64,000 nt of DNA from a virus (lineage: Duplodnaviria; Caudoviricetes), in the IMG/VR virus record IMGVR_UViG_3300033067_001382, positions 17,596-81,595 of that record; one strand, written 5' to 3'. The translations under genes were made by a program, and so were the position numbers. The notes below the pieces were generated by a model. It saw only the letters and a program-made list of their open reading frames with translations, was not told the DNA's origin and did not search any database. How positions within the stretch are numbered: position 1 is the stretch's first letter; every line of letters begins with the position of its first letter. Shown one piece after another: positions 20,757 through 29,906 of the stretch.

Positions 20757-21578
20757 TTAGAAGTCTTCGGAATGGTCTTCATTCGAGATTGACTGGTTCA
20801 CTTTGACGCCAAGCCGATCCCGGTCTTGGACTCCCGCCCAGTAGGAGCGAAAGTCTTCGTAGTAGTATTGGGACATCTTCCAGCTCATCGCATCGACAAT
20901 CCCCCCCGCGCCGTCGATATTGGGGTCCGGTTTATAAACGTCGTTGAAAATGTACCTTATCCGAAAAAGAGTGTGGGCTGGTCGGATGATGTTGAGGATC
21001 AAGCGAAGATTCGCATCAAGGGCAAAGACGTCAGGCGGAAAGGCCTCACCCGACTGAATGTCAATTTGAAATCCGAACTGATCCGAGATATCTACACCGC
21101 CGGCCCGGTTCCTCAAGAGCAGAAAGTTCTCCAGAATCCTAACATTTTCCGAAGTGAAGAGGTTGACTCCATCTCGAATTGAGGTCGGGATTGACCCCTG
21201 GAAGTATATTTTGATAACTGAGAGGAGAAATCGACGGAACTCTACATCGTCAAATTGTGTCGCTGGAATCCGCCCGTTAAGGAAGACCAGATAGCCAACA
21301 ATTGAGTATAGAAACTCCGAGCGGGTAGTGGCGAAGGATCGATCCATGTCGACGTCCTCCATAGCCAATTCAAGTCGGGAAAGCTCGACCGCTACCGCTT
21401 TGAGTTCATTGGTGTAATTGGGACCCTGAACCGCCGAGATATATCCTGACGGAAGAAGATTGAGTAGGTTGGTCAGAATAGATTGGGCGCGCTGGAGCAG
21501 CCGCTTGTTGAACTCCTTACCGACCTGTTGTGTCGTATGATTAATCCTTGTCGGATCGTCCTCAAACCGATTGGTCAT
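20757..21578 (-). CDS. Baseplate wedge subunit (gp7/gpI/YmfQ-like, 273 aa)
   Basis: Directly follows the J-like gene; IKIYFQGSIP..IRDGV and IIRPAHTL motifs. Confidence 0.65.
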   Translation of the reverse strand: MTNRFEDDPTRINHTTQQVGKEFNKRLLQRAQSILTNLLNLLPSGYISAVQGPNYTNELKAVAVELSRLELAMEDVDMDRSFATTRSEFLYSIVGYLVFLNGRIPATQFDDVEFRRFLLSVIKIYFQGSIPTSIRDGVNLFTSENVRILENFLLLRNRAGGVDISDQFGFQIDIQSGEAFPPDVFALDANLRLILNIIRPAHTLFRIRYIFNDVYKPDPNIDGAGGIVDAMSWKMSQYYYEDFRSYWAGVQDRDRLGVKVNQSISNEDHSEDF

Positions 21579-21581
21579 GGG

Positions 21582-24500
21582 TCACCCCACCGGAGCTTCA
21601 CGATATGTGATCGTAAAGTTGCCAAGGTCAAGGAACTCCACCCCACTTGCGGTCATATCTTTGGCACCGGAATCTCCTCGAATGACATAACTGACTGCAT
21701 ACTTATGATTGGTCGGCACATCCGGATTACCGCCTCCAGGAAGGCTAAGTACAACACGATTGGCGCTACGCCGAAGGTACTCCGCCAGTTGAGACTCACC
21801 TGTCGTGAACCCATCAGCCACCAGGGTCGGAGTATCCGTGTAGCCGGAGATGGTCGCTCCCGTGCGTCCAATAACGTAAGCTCGATAGGGACCAATGCAG
21901 ACCGAAGACAAGTCGTCAGAAAGAGTCATAGACTCATCATTCTGGAAGACCCCACGGTGCTCCGTCTTGAATCCACCCCCATCAGTAGTAGGAAACTGGA
22001 GGGGATTTTTCAAGATGTATGCCAAGTTACCACCAAGGCTAAGACTCGGCAGAGACGAGTAGGTCGAGAGTACGGTCTCCCGAAGTTTCCGTGAACCATC
22101 CGCGTAGGCCATTCGGGCAAAGGGAACAACCGGGTAATCAACTCCCTTGGTGGCGTCGATGGCGTGGATAATGTCGCCTTGGGCAGTGTCTTCACCGATA
22201 AGCTTCTTGTCCAGCTCTTGCGAGACCGACGAACGAATCAAGGGATCAACTCGATCCTTGCTGGCTCCTCGGGCGAGTTGCACCGTGGTTTCCAACTCAA
22301 CGCTGTTCTGGACTGCCTGCTTGACAAGCACATCCGCAGTCGCGTGACGTTGGATATTTAGGGTCCTTTGTAACTCTTGCAGAATGTCATTTATGACATA
22401 GGTGACCGTAAAATTCTCGTCCTTGACATAGTCAACCGAAACTGTTGCGCCGCTATTGATTGCTGACGAAGCCGTACGGACTATCTTGACCGGAGTGGTT
22501 GCAGTGCCCTCGACGATCTCGAAGTCAGGCGAGAGGGTGCCCGGTCCATCATATTCCGTGAGACGGTCTGCACTAAATACGCGTAGAGTCTGCTTGTCGA
22601 CTCCAATGAAGAGCAGAGGCTCTTCGACGAAGCCAATCAGAACGTGAACTTCATCACTGACCGGAATAGTATTCCCCGTCGGAATATTGTTAAACTGATT
22701 GATACTCAAGTAGTCGGATGCAATCGTCGACTCACCATTCAGCAACGGGTCGTCGGGCTTGAAAAGGTCATACCCCTCAACCGAATCCAACGGGCCAGAG
22801 ACTTCACCGACCACCGAGACCACACGACGCACGGGCTGGAAGGAAAAGAAGAACTTGTTGGCCACTCGGAAGCGGTAGTCCGCCGCAACGATGTCATCGA
22901 TAAGCGTAACCGGCTGTCCTGAGGTGACCAACTTAAAGGTCTGGTAGTCCAAAAAGGTGACACCCGTGACATTGTATTCCTCACCTGTCGTGTTGTTCTG
23001 AAGTGCCAACAGACCAATGATGGGGCTCGTGGGTGTAACCCGACTATCTTGAACTCGAAAGATCAGATTAGGGAGATCTACGATCGATACAACCACGTTC
23101 TCCGCAGAGGCGAACGTGAATGCGAATTTCTCCGAGATCTGACGCTCCCGGAGACCTTGTACCCAGACATCCACCTTACCACCGATATGCTTGTGACGAA
23201 GGTCATCGTAGTCTCGCATCATCAAAGAGTCGCCGCTCTTAACGATTTTGCTTTTGAGAACGCCAATCTGATTGACTGTCGTGCGCGCGTAACCACCCTC
23301 GGTACCGGTATCAACGGACTGCAAAGACAACATTGCGCGAGTAGCAAGGTCCCCGTTGCTCTCACGATCAGTACCGAAAACCGTAGCCTCTAGGTTAATG
23401 ACACTCAGACCGGCAACACTCGGAGAAGACTTAATCTGCCCGGCTGGACGATTGCCGTCTTCTCCAATCGTTTCCGCTACCACGTCGACCGTGATCTCGT
23501 AGCGCTTACGGTCGAAGTTGAAGTATGCATCAGCATTCGCGGCCGTCATCACGAATGTACCACCAACTCGGAAACGAACCGCCGGAACCCCCAAATCAGA
23601 GTCAGCTTCACTAGAAACATAGGATCCAGCAGGGATCGCGATATCAAACTGAGGTCGACTTGTGGTGTAGAAAACCACTTGACCTAAGGCCGGACGTCCG
23701 GGAAGTCGAGTAGTAGTCAAGTTACCAGCAAGCTTGTCGAACTGCTGGTCGATCAAAGCCTGAACAGCAATGTCTTGTGACATACCTAAAGCAGCTTTGA
23801 TGGCTTGCTTGTAAGCGCTACTGGCCACGGGATCCGAGATCCCGTCCCCGTTGGCATCGTCGATCTGGAGAAGCGTCAAGAAACTCTGACTTCGGTGGAC
23901 GAAGTCAAGAATAAACCAAAGTCTCTCAGCTTCACTGCTGAACGGGTCGATCGTGACATCCCGAGTTGTCGAACCTGGAAGTAGGCTAATTTCCGCATTA
24001 GCTCGCTGAATCGCCAACACGAAGTCAACCAAGATATTCTTCTGTTTGCGGGTCGGCAAGTCACGAATAGCCGTATCGATGACCAGCGGCTGACCAACTA
24101 CTTCTTGAGAGTAGGAGGATTCGATTTCGGTTGCCGACTCCACATCGTAGTAAACTGCCGTAACAACATAGTAGAGGGGATCGGCGTCGATGACATTGGC
24201 GAACTGGTCAGAGTTGATGATACCTGTTCCACCTCCACGACGATGCGTAAACGCAAGGTACTCCGTCAGGGCCACGTCATCAACAGTGCTCTTGAAGCGC
24301 AGATTATTACTCAACGCGCTGACGTCATATTTTTGATCAAGTCGAGTGGCGATTTTTTGGCCAAAACTATCTTCCTCGGTAACCTGAACTCGAACAAAGG
24401 CTTGATTGGTATTCGACCAAGTGGTTGACTCAGTGGCCAGGTTCTCGACAGTCTCATCGAAGTTGGCTGAGGTCTGTGTGATGATACTCTCGTTGACTTT

Positions 24501-25010
24501 GAAATAACCTGTCGTCCCACCTCCGGCTGCGGTGGCGGCATAGACATTGATACCCACGAACTCGCCCGGAACGGCTTCCCGTTGAGCGAAGGAGACCGAC
24601 GGGAGAGGGTTGGCAGCAAGAATCTGAACGGAGTCCCGCTGCCGACGAAGCTTGATGCCAGTTGGAATCTGGAAAGGGTTAGCTTCAGCCGGAACTCGGG
24701 TGATAGTTGCCGACGCAGGTGCACTCACGCTACCAACAATATCTATAGTCCGGATCAGAAATGTGTTGACACCAGGCTCTAGTGGAATGCCGGTCGGGTA
24801 GTTGGTAAGATTCGGAACCGTGAAGTTGGGTAGGTCGAACTTGACTAAAGACGGGTCTGATAGGAAGGGAGATCCATTTTGCGAGATTTGCACGTCAACC
24901 GTATTGACGTCAGCCATCCCGACCAAAACGATGCTGTCTCGATTGGTGCTCAACACGAGAGCCTGAGTTCCCGTGCCGTCTCTCAGTTTAAGTTGAGGTG
25001 CCGTTGCCAT
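21582..25010 (-). CDS. Baseplate J-like (gp6/gp47-type) wedge protein, enlarged (1142 aa)
   Basis: PGSTTRD..I; LDKLA.N...R; IPAG; V.A...GE.GN..AG.I; V.N......G.DRES..DL..R; GT..GY motifs; position between gp25-like and wedge genes. Confidence 0.85.
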   Translation of the reverse strand: MATAPQLKLRDGTGTQALVLSTNRDSIVLVGMADVNTVDVQISQNGSPFLSDPSLVKFDLPNFTVPNLTNYPTGIPLEPGVNTFLIRTIDIVGSVSAPASATITRVPAEANPFQIPTGIKLRRQRDSVQILAANPLPSVSFAQREAVPGEFVGINVYAATAAGGGTTGYFKVNESIITQTSANFDETVENLATESTTWSNTNQAFVRVQVTEEDSFGQKIATRLDQKYDVSALSNNLRFKSTVDDVALTEYLAFTHRRGGGTGIINSDQFANVIDADPLYYVVTAVYYDVESATEIESSYSQEVVGQPLVIDTAIRDLPTRKQKNILVDFVLAIQRANAEISLLPGSTTRDVTIDPFSSEAERLWFILDFVHRSQSFLTLLQIDDANGDGISDPVASSAYKQAIKAALGMSQDIAVQALIDQQFDKLAGNLTTTRLPGRPALGQVVFYTTSRPQFDIAIPAGSYVSSEADSDLGVPAVRFRVGGTFVMTAANADAYFNFDRKRYEITVDVVAETIGEDGNRPAGQIKSSPSVAGLSVINLEATVFGTDRESNGDLATRAMLSLQSVDTGTEGGYARTTVNQIGVLKSKIVKSGDSLMMRDYDDLRHKHIGGKVDVWVQGLRERQISEKFAFTFASAENVVVSIVDLPNLIFRVQDSRVTPTSPIIGLLALQNNTTGEEYNVTGVTFLDYQTFKLVTSGQPVTLIDDIVAADYRFRVANKFFFSFQPVRRVVSVVGEVSGPLDSVEGYDLFKPDDPLLNGESTIASDYLSINQFNNIPTGNTIPVSDEVHVLIGFVEEPLLFIGVDKQTLRVFSADRLTEYDGPGTLSPDFEIVEGTATTPVKIVRTASSAINSGATVSVDYVKDENFTVTYVINDILQELQRTLNIQRHATADVLVKQAVQNSVELETTVQLARGASKDRVDPLIRSSVSQELDKKLIGEDTAQGDIIHAIDATKGVDYPVVPFARMAYADGSRKLRETVLSTYSSLPSLSLGGNLAYILKNPLQFPTTDGGGFKTEHRGVFQNDESMTLSDDLSSVCIGPYRAYVIGRTGATISGYTDTPTLVADGFTTGESQLAEYLRRSANRVVLSLPGGGNPDVPTNHKYAVSYVIRGDSGAKDMTASGVEFLDLGNFTITYREAPVG

Positions 25011-25011
25011 C

Positions 25012-26169
25012 TTATTCCGTCAGGTTGAAGTTACGCAGACTCTGTCGATATGCTCCGTCGGAGGCGGTTGTCGCATTGAGAAGGTCTAGCGGCTGAGGAA
25101 GCCGGAGACCACGATCAATCTGAACCTGTTTCCCGGATCGGTTCTGTAGAGTGATATTGACAAATACAACCGTGGGGTCCTTACTGCTTTGCTCGACCGT
25201 GACCCCGAGAATCCGAGAAGGGAACTCCTCATCGCTCACAAACTGCCCAACTTGAGTCTCTTGAGCCACCTTGATTGATTGCCAACGCTGAAAAGCGGTG
25301 TAGATGTCCTGAGTGATAAGATTCTGTACCATCCCGCCAGGAATCATCTTCTTCCCAATCTGCTCCAGCAACTGACTGCCATACCAGGGATGGAACGGAT
25401 TTGACCCGGCGACCGTGTAGATGCTCTTCTTGACTTCCTGGATGAGCAATGCCTCATCTCGAACTTCCCCGGTCGTTCCGTTGGCAGCATAACGCCAATC
25501 CTGCTCGACTCCTGTACCCCCACATCGACGACACTCCTGACGAACCGTAACGTAGTCCAGCTCGACAAAGTCATTGTAGCCCTTGAGAGGCTCATCAAAG
25601 ACTACTAACCGAAGGGGGCGATCCGTCAGACTGTCTAGGGTGTTGACTAGCGACCAACCAGGAAGAGCGCGGCGGCCTCGATATTCTCGACCAGTTGCAA
25701 TGCCAACCAGTCCACCCAATGTCGAATTTGAATCAACGAAAACCGTGGCTCCTTCTCCGGCTTCGTTGGTTCGGAATCCGAGACGGTTGTGCTTCTCGTA
25801 AAAGGTTATTCCCCGGAATCCTCGATTGAGCAGATCCGCCATTTGGGCGGCTGTCATCTTGCTACTGGAAGGAAGTTGCACCGTTTGAGGCGAACCAGAA
25901 TTGACTCGGAGTCTCAAGAGGTTATTCCCCGCGGAACCTGAAGTCGGAAGACGCACTTGAAAGGGTCCTTGCTTAGTTCCCTCAGATTGACCCGGAGATT
26001 CCACCCCAAAGGAAGGAACTTCGATGCTTCCATTCAATCGCATCACCACTGAGTCGGTGGAGGAAATTGGGCGAACCGGGCGGATAGTTTGCTGGTCAGA
26101 GTTGAGGAAGAGCAACTCCTCTCGCACCAGGTGGGGGCAAATCTGGTCAATGTGGCGATCAAAACTCAT
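25012..26169 (-). CDS. gp25/GPW-like baseplate wedge and sheath-initiator protein with a Zn site and an inserted decoration domain (385 aa)
   Basis: T..GSNPFHPWYGSQL..IG motif; V....DPT.V.V.I.L; N-terminal CPH plus CRRC. Confidence 0.8.
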   Translation of the reverse strand: MSFDRHIDQICPHLVREELLFLNSDQQTIRPVRPISSTDSVVMRLNGSIEVPSFGVESPGQSEGTKQGPFQVRLPTSGSAGNNLLRLRVNSGSPQTVQLPSSSKMTAAQMADLLNRGFRGITFYEKHNRLGFRTNEAGEGATVFVDSNSTLGGLVGIATGREYRGRRALPGWSLVNTLDSLTDRPLRLVVFDEPLKGYNDFVELDYVTVRQECRRCGGTGVEQDWRYAANGTTGEVRDEALLIQEVKKSIYTVAGSNPFHPWYGSQLLEQIGKKMIPGGMVQNLITQDIYTAFQRWQSIKVAQETQVGQFVSDEEFPSRILGVTVEQSSKDPTVVFVNITLQNRSGKQVQIDRGLRLPQPLDLLNATTASDGAYRQSLRNFNLTE

Positions 26170-26915
26170 GTAGAACCTTTTTCCCCAGGCAAAACCACAC
26201 CATTGGCTCCACGTTCCGGACCATTCGAGGGCGGACGATCGCTTCCAGGCTCATAGATAGCAAATGGCGAGTAGGTCAACTTGCCGTGAATATCTTTGCC
26301 GCCATCATCGTAGACAGCTCGATAACCCTTGTCGGTAAAGAGCGCCTCTACTTCCGAAATCAGCTTCTCCAAAGATCCCTTACGTTCTGCTGAAGATCGA
26401 ATCTTCTCCAGAACAGCCATCTCCGCCGCGAGCTGGTCCCCGTAGTCGATTACCCTTCGAATTTTTCGTTCAAGGACTTCTCGGCGACGCGTGATGGCAT
26501 CATCAGCAAAGTCACGCATCTGACTTACCAAGTTGGCTGTCACCGCGTCCCCGAGACCCTTTTGGCCAAGTGGTTCACCGTTGGACATCCGATTCGCAGC
26601 CGCGCTTTCGTCGCCACGAAGCAGGTAGACCGGATCTGTGACTAGTCGGATTTGCAAGTCATGGATTGGGTCACCTCCTAGAACCTTGTAAGCCGCAAGA
26701 AGCTGCCCAAGGTACGAGGTGTCCGAGTCAGGAACCGCATTCCCTGTGGGGTTGCCTGAGCCCGGCAAAAAACGCATCACTAACGAACCCACTCGGATGC
26801 GCTCGGCAGCCAAATGGGTCAACCTTGCGTCAATCAAAGGGATCTGAGAGCGCAGGTAAGTCGCAAGCCGGATAAACTGCGAGCGGTTAAATGTGCCTTT
26901 GAAGCTAAACGCCAC
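26166..26915 (-). CDS. Hypothetical helical protein (~249 aa, start MAFSFKGTF at GTG 26915)
   Basis: The ORF track start (27098) overlaps the endonuclease gene in another frame. GTG at 26915 has GGAG 6 nt upstream. Confidence 0.6.
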   Translation of the reverse strand: MAFSFKGTFNRSQFIRLATYLRSQIPLIDARLTHLAAERIRVGSLVMRFLPGSGNPTGNAVPDSDTSYLGQLLAAYKVLGGDPIHDLQIRLVTDPVYLLRGDESAAANRMSNGEPLGQKGLGDAVTANLVSQMRDFADDAITRRREVLERKIRRVIDYGDQLAAEMAVLEKIRSSAERKGSLEKLISEVEALFTDKGYRAVYDDGGKDIHGKLTYSPFAIYEPGSDRPPSNGPERGANGVVLPGEKGST

Positions 26916-27546
26916 CTTCGGCTCCGTGCTTTTCGAGATATGCTTGCAGCTTTTCCCGATGCTTTTCAAAGACACCGAGGTGCATGTTACACAGCCTACA
27001 AAGAAGTTCTCTAGGCTTGCCTGTAGTGTGACAGTGATCCGCGCACACTGAATCCTTCGTTCTTCCGGATCTGAGCATTGGCACCAAGCATATGGCACAT
27101 TGACCAGACTGCTTCAACCACGCTGATTCAAACTCTTCTGGGGACCATCCCGTCGCCCGCTGGCGATTGTATGCTCGAATCTCGTCAGGCTTCTCGGCCT
27201 GCCTTCTGGCAGCCGATGCCTTTACCCTTTCACGAAATTCAGGATCACAATCATACCGATCTCGAAACTTCAAGGATGCGCACCTCTTACACTCCGAGGA
27301 ACGTTGACCCCTCCGAGGGAAGTCTTCTCGGTCCTTTTCTTCGTTACATGAGCTACACACCTTCGTCAGAGAGGCGGGGTTAGGAGTTTTACCCGGACCT
27401 CTCCTCTTAACCCCCATTCGTATAAGCATGTTTCGAATCGTACCAAATGAGCACTCATACTGGTTCGATAGACGTTCCAGACTCCAACCTTGAACGTAAA
27501 GGAAAGAGATCTCGTTTTCTGGTAAAAACTTCTTAGGTGCCATCAT
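26905..27546 (-). mobile_element. Free-standing homing-type endonuclease, recombination endonuclease VII family (213 aa)
   Basis: Q.G.CAIC...DHCH.TG..R.LLC..CN..LG motif; N-terminal HTH and CxxC zinc finger; AT-richer than flanks. Confidence 0.8.
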
Positions 27547-27568
27547 CAGTCAAGCACCAATAAGTAGT

Positions 27569-29653
27569 TCAAAAGAGAATATCCAGAGCAGTTTCGAAGG
27601 CGGTGACATTCGGAGCCACATAGGCGATGCAAACACCTCCCGTATAGCCTCCAGGATTCTGGATAGGCTTGTTTCCTGCGTTGTCGATGGCCGAGATCCA
27701 GTCCTCAAGAGCATTCAAGCCTGTTACATTCAAGAATGAGAAGCTGATGCTGAACGAAAGAATGAGATCCAGGATTGAGACCAGGAACTTGACGAATCGC
27801 TCCAAGACCTCGATCTTCTTGATCAAAAGGTTGATAAAGGCCCCTATTTCTTCGGCGGCTCCCTTGAATGCATCCACGAGCGCGTCCACCTTGGCCAGAA
27901 TTTCATAGATGAGTGCTCCAGCCCACGGGACAACGTCCCGGAAGAGGCTGATCGAAACCCAGTCGGGCGGGTTGCCTCCGAGAGTGAACGCCTTTATAAA
28001 GTTGACAATTGACAAGACATTTTGCCGGATGGCCAAATCCGTGTAGGCCAGCAGGGCGGTGTCGTAAAGCGCTTTGTCTCGGACAGTCTTGTAGTCCTTG
28101 GTGGCGGTGGTCATCGCCACAACCAACTTTTCGGGGGTCGTGGTGTTCCCATTGATATAACCGCCCGTATTGGTGATCGGCTTTGCAAGGGTTCCCTGCA
28201 TAAACGTACGGAAATTCAGCAGGTTTGAACTGTTCTCCAGCAAGGAATTGCCAACCGTGTTGGCCAAGGCAGCAGCACGAAACTTGACAACCTTCTGCTG
28301 CCAGGTCGTATCCGGCAACGAACCTGAGACGGCATCCTGCTCGGGTGGAGCCGTGAAGACAATTGGAATTAGATTCGATACCGGGCCAGAGATATTTGAC
28401 AGTGACCCACGGCCAACCTCCACCAATTCGGTGGGCTCGATGGGATCTCCGTTGGCATTGAACTTGGATTCCGGAGAGGGTGAGAGATGGAACCCGAGGG
28501 AGAAACCCGCCTGAAAGATGGCCTCTAACACCTTGATGACATCGAAGCCCGCTGGGAGGGTAGGGATTCGACCGCTGAGAACCGTCGTCGGACGTCCCAT
28601 CACCGGAGGATTTGAAGCACTATCCCCCGGCCAACGAGCAACGAACTCCTGATTGTTCGGTTCCTCCTTTGGACTCCAGTCAACCTTGTTGCCACTGAGG
28701 GCCAGACCGCCGCTGAATGCGCGGACACGGTAGTAGTAAGTAGTATCCGGCTTGACGTTCTTGTCGATGTACCGGAACTTGGTCAACTGTCCGATGAATC
28801 CCTCCGCACTGGACGGCTCCATGACAATGTATTCCTGGTAGACACGAACGGGGTCACCGTACTGGTCAGTCGCTTGAACTTGCCTCTTGAGAGTCTGACC
28901 CTGCTTGTTTTCGAAGACGGTTTCCAACTCCCCAATCAGAGGCTCACCGTTGGCTACAGTGCTCTTCTCAATCAGGAACTTCTGAGGGATAAAGGTCGCA
29001 CCCACTTGGGATACCATATCGGAGAAGCCTGGGTCTGGTGGCGTGAGAGCATCCGAAAGGCCCCATTCGACTACAAGGGCCTTAGGTGGGTTAGAAAAGA
29101 CATCTCGAACTCGAAGAAGTGGTTGATCCTTGGAATCCGCCATCGTGACCTTTGCATTGGTCGGAGGGCCGTATTGCGGCTGCGTAAGCTCCTTGCCGAA
29201 GAAGCGCATCAAGATACCGAGCTTCTTGAGTAGGTCAAAAACGTTTTCTACGTCAACCATCAAGATGACAAAGCCGCTTTTGTTAGCTCCCGCCAATGGC
29301 TGTGGTCGATTCGGATCTTTGGTATCGAAGAGGCTGGCCTTAAAGCGCTCCGTAAATGCTTGGAAGCCTCCTGAATTCCGATAGAAGTTCGGATCCTTCA
29401 TTGGATCCGGAATGTCGTACCAGGCAAAGAGCCCCGTGCGCTTGAGTGACTCAAAAAGACTGTTGACCAGCGCCAGCAGGGAAAGAAGAAGAGCTTTGAG
29501 AGGATTGGGAAAGTCAATCAGAAAGACTTGAATGACCTGAAGAATGGCCTTGATGACCTCAAGGAAGATCATTAGCGTTTCGAGAATACCTCGAAGCGGC
29601 TCCAGCAGATCCTTCCCGGGGATCTCTAACTTGACTGAACTCCAATCCGCCAT
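27569..29653 (-). CDS. Hypothetical virion protein with amphipathic helical ends and a central FN3-like domain (694 aa)
   Basis: YIDKNVKPDTTYYYRVRAF (FN3 signature); long hydrophobic/amphipathic helices at both termini. Confidence 0.6.
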   Translation of the reverse strand: MADWSSVKLEIPGKDLLEPLRGILETLMIFLEVIKAILQVIQVFLIDFPNPLKALLLSLLALVNSLFESLKRTGLFAWYDIPDPMKDPNFYRNSGGFQAFTERFKASLFDTKDPNRPQPLAGANKSGFVILMVDVENVFDLLKKLGILMRFFGKELTQPQYGPPTNAKVTMADSKDQPLLRVRDVFSNPPKALVVEWGLSDALTPPDPGFSDMVSQVGATFIPQKFLIEKSTVANGEPLIGELETVFENKQGQTLKRQVQATDQYGDPVRVYQEYIVMEPSSAEGFIGQLTKFRYIDKNVKPDTTYYYRVRAFSGGLALSGNKVDWSPKEEPNNQEFVARWPGDSASNPPVMGRPTTVLSGRIPTLPAGFDVIKVLEAIFQAGFSLGFHLSPSPESKFNANGDPIEPTELVEVGRGSLSNISGPVSNLIPIVFTAPPEQDAVSGSLPDTTWQQKVVKFRAAALANTVGNSLLENSSNLLNFRTFMQGTLAKPITNTGGYINGNTTTPEKLVVAMTTATKDYKTVRDKALYDTALLAYTDLAIRQNVLSIVNFIKAFTLGGNPPDWVSISLFRDVVPWAGALIYEILAKVDALVDAFKGAAEEIGAFINLLIKKIEVLERFVKFLVSILDLILSFSISFSFLNVTGLNALEDWISAIDNAGNKPIQNPGGYTGGVCIAYVAPNVTAFETALDILF

Positions 29654-29656
29654 CGA

Positions 29657-29905
29657 TCAACCTCCGTAAGTCAACTTCTCAAGTTTCTTGCGAAGTGAGT
29701 CGATCTCACTGGTGCTGGCTTCGATTGTCTGATGGATAAGGTCTCTCATCATATGAGCAATCTTGAAACCTTCCTTCTGCTCCCAAGAGCACTTGGGCCC
29801 GGTGGACGCTTCCTCGGCGGACTCTGCTTGGGCAGTTCCCGGGATGTCTTCCTGGGAGGTCTCGGATTCAGATGTTACCTTCTCTGGATTCTCATTTGTA
29901 CTCAT
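29657..29905 (-). CDS. Small acidic protein with a C-terminal coiled coil (82 aa)
   Basis: Fills the gap between two genes; AGGA upstream; provides the GGAGG RBS for the next gene. Confidence 0.55.
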   Translation of the reverse strand: MSTNENPEKVTSESETSQEDIPGTAQAESAEEASTGPKCSWEQKEGFKIAHMMRDLIHQTIEASTSEIDSLRKKLEKLTYGG

Positions 29906-29906
29906 C

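Noticed and set aside
26916-27098. N-terminal extension of the 310-aa ORF in the track
   Set aside because: Overlaps the EndoVII gene in another frame; a GTG with a GGAG RBS at 26915 is the better start. The same logic applies to track starts 62802, 54855 and 50487
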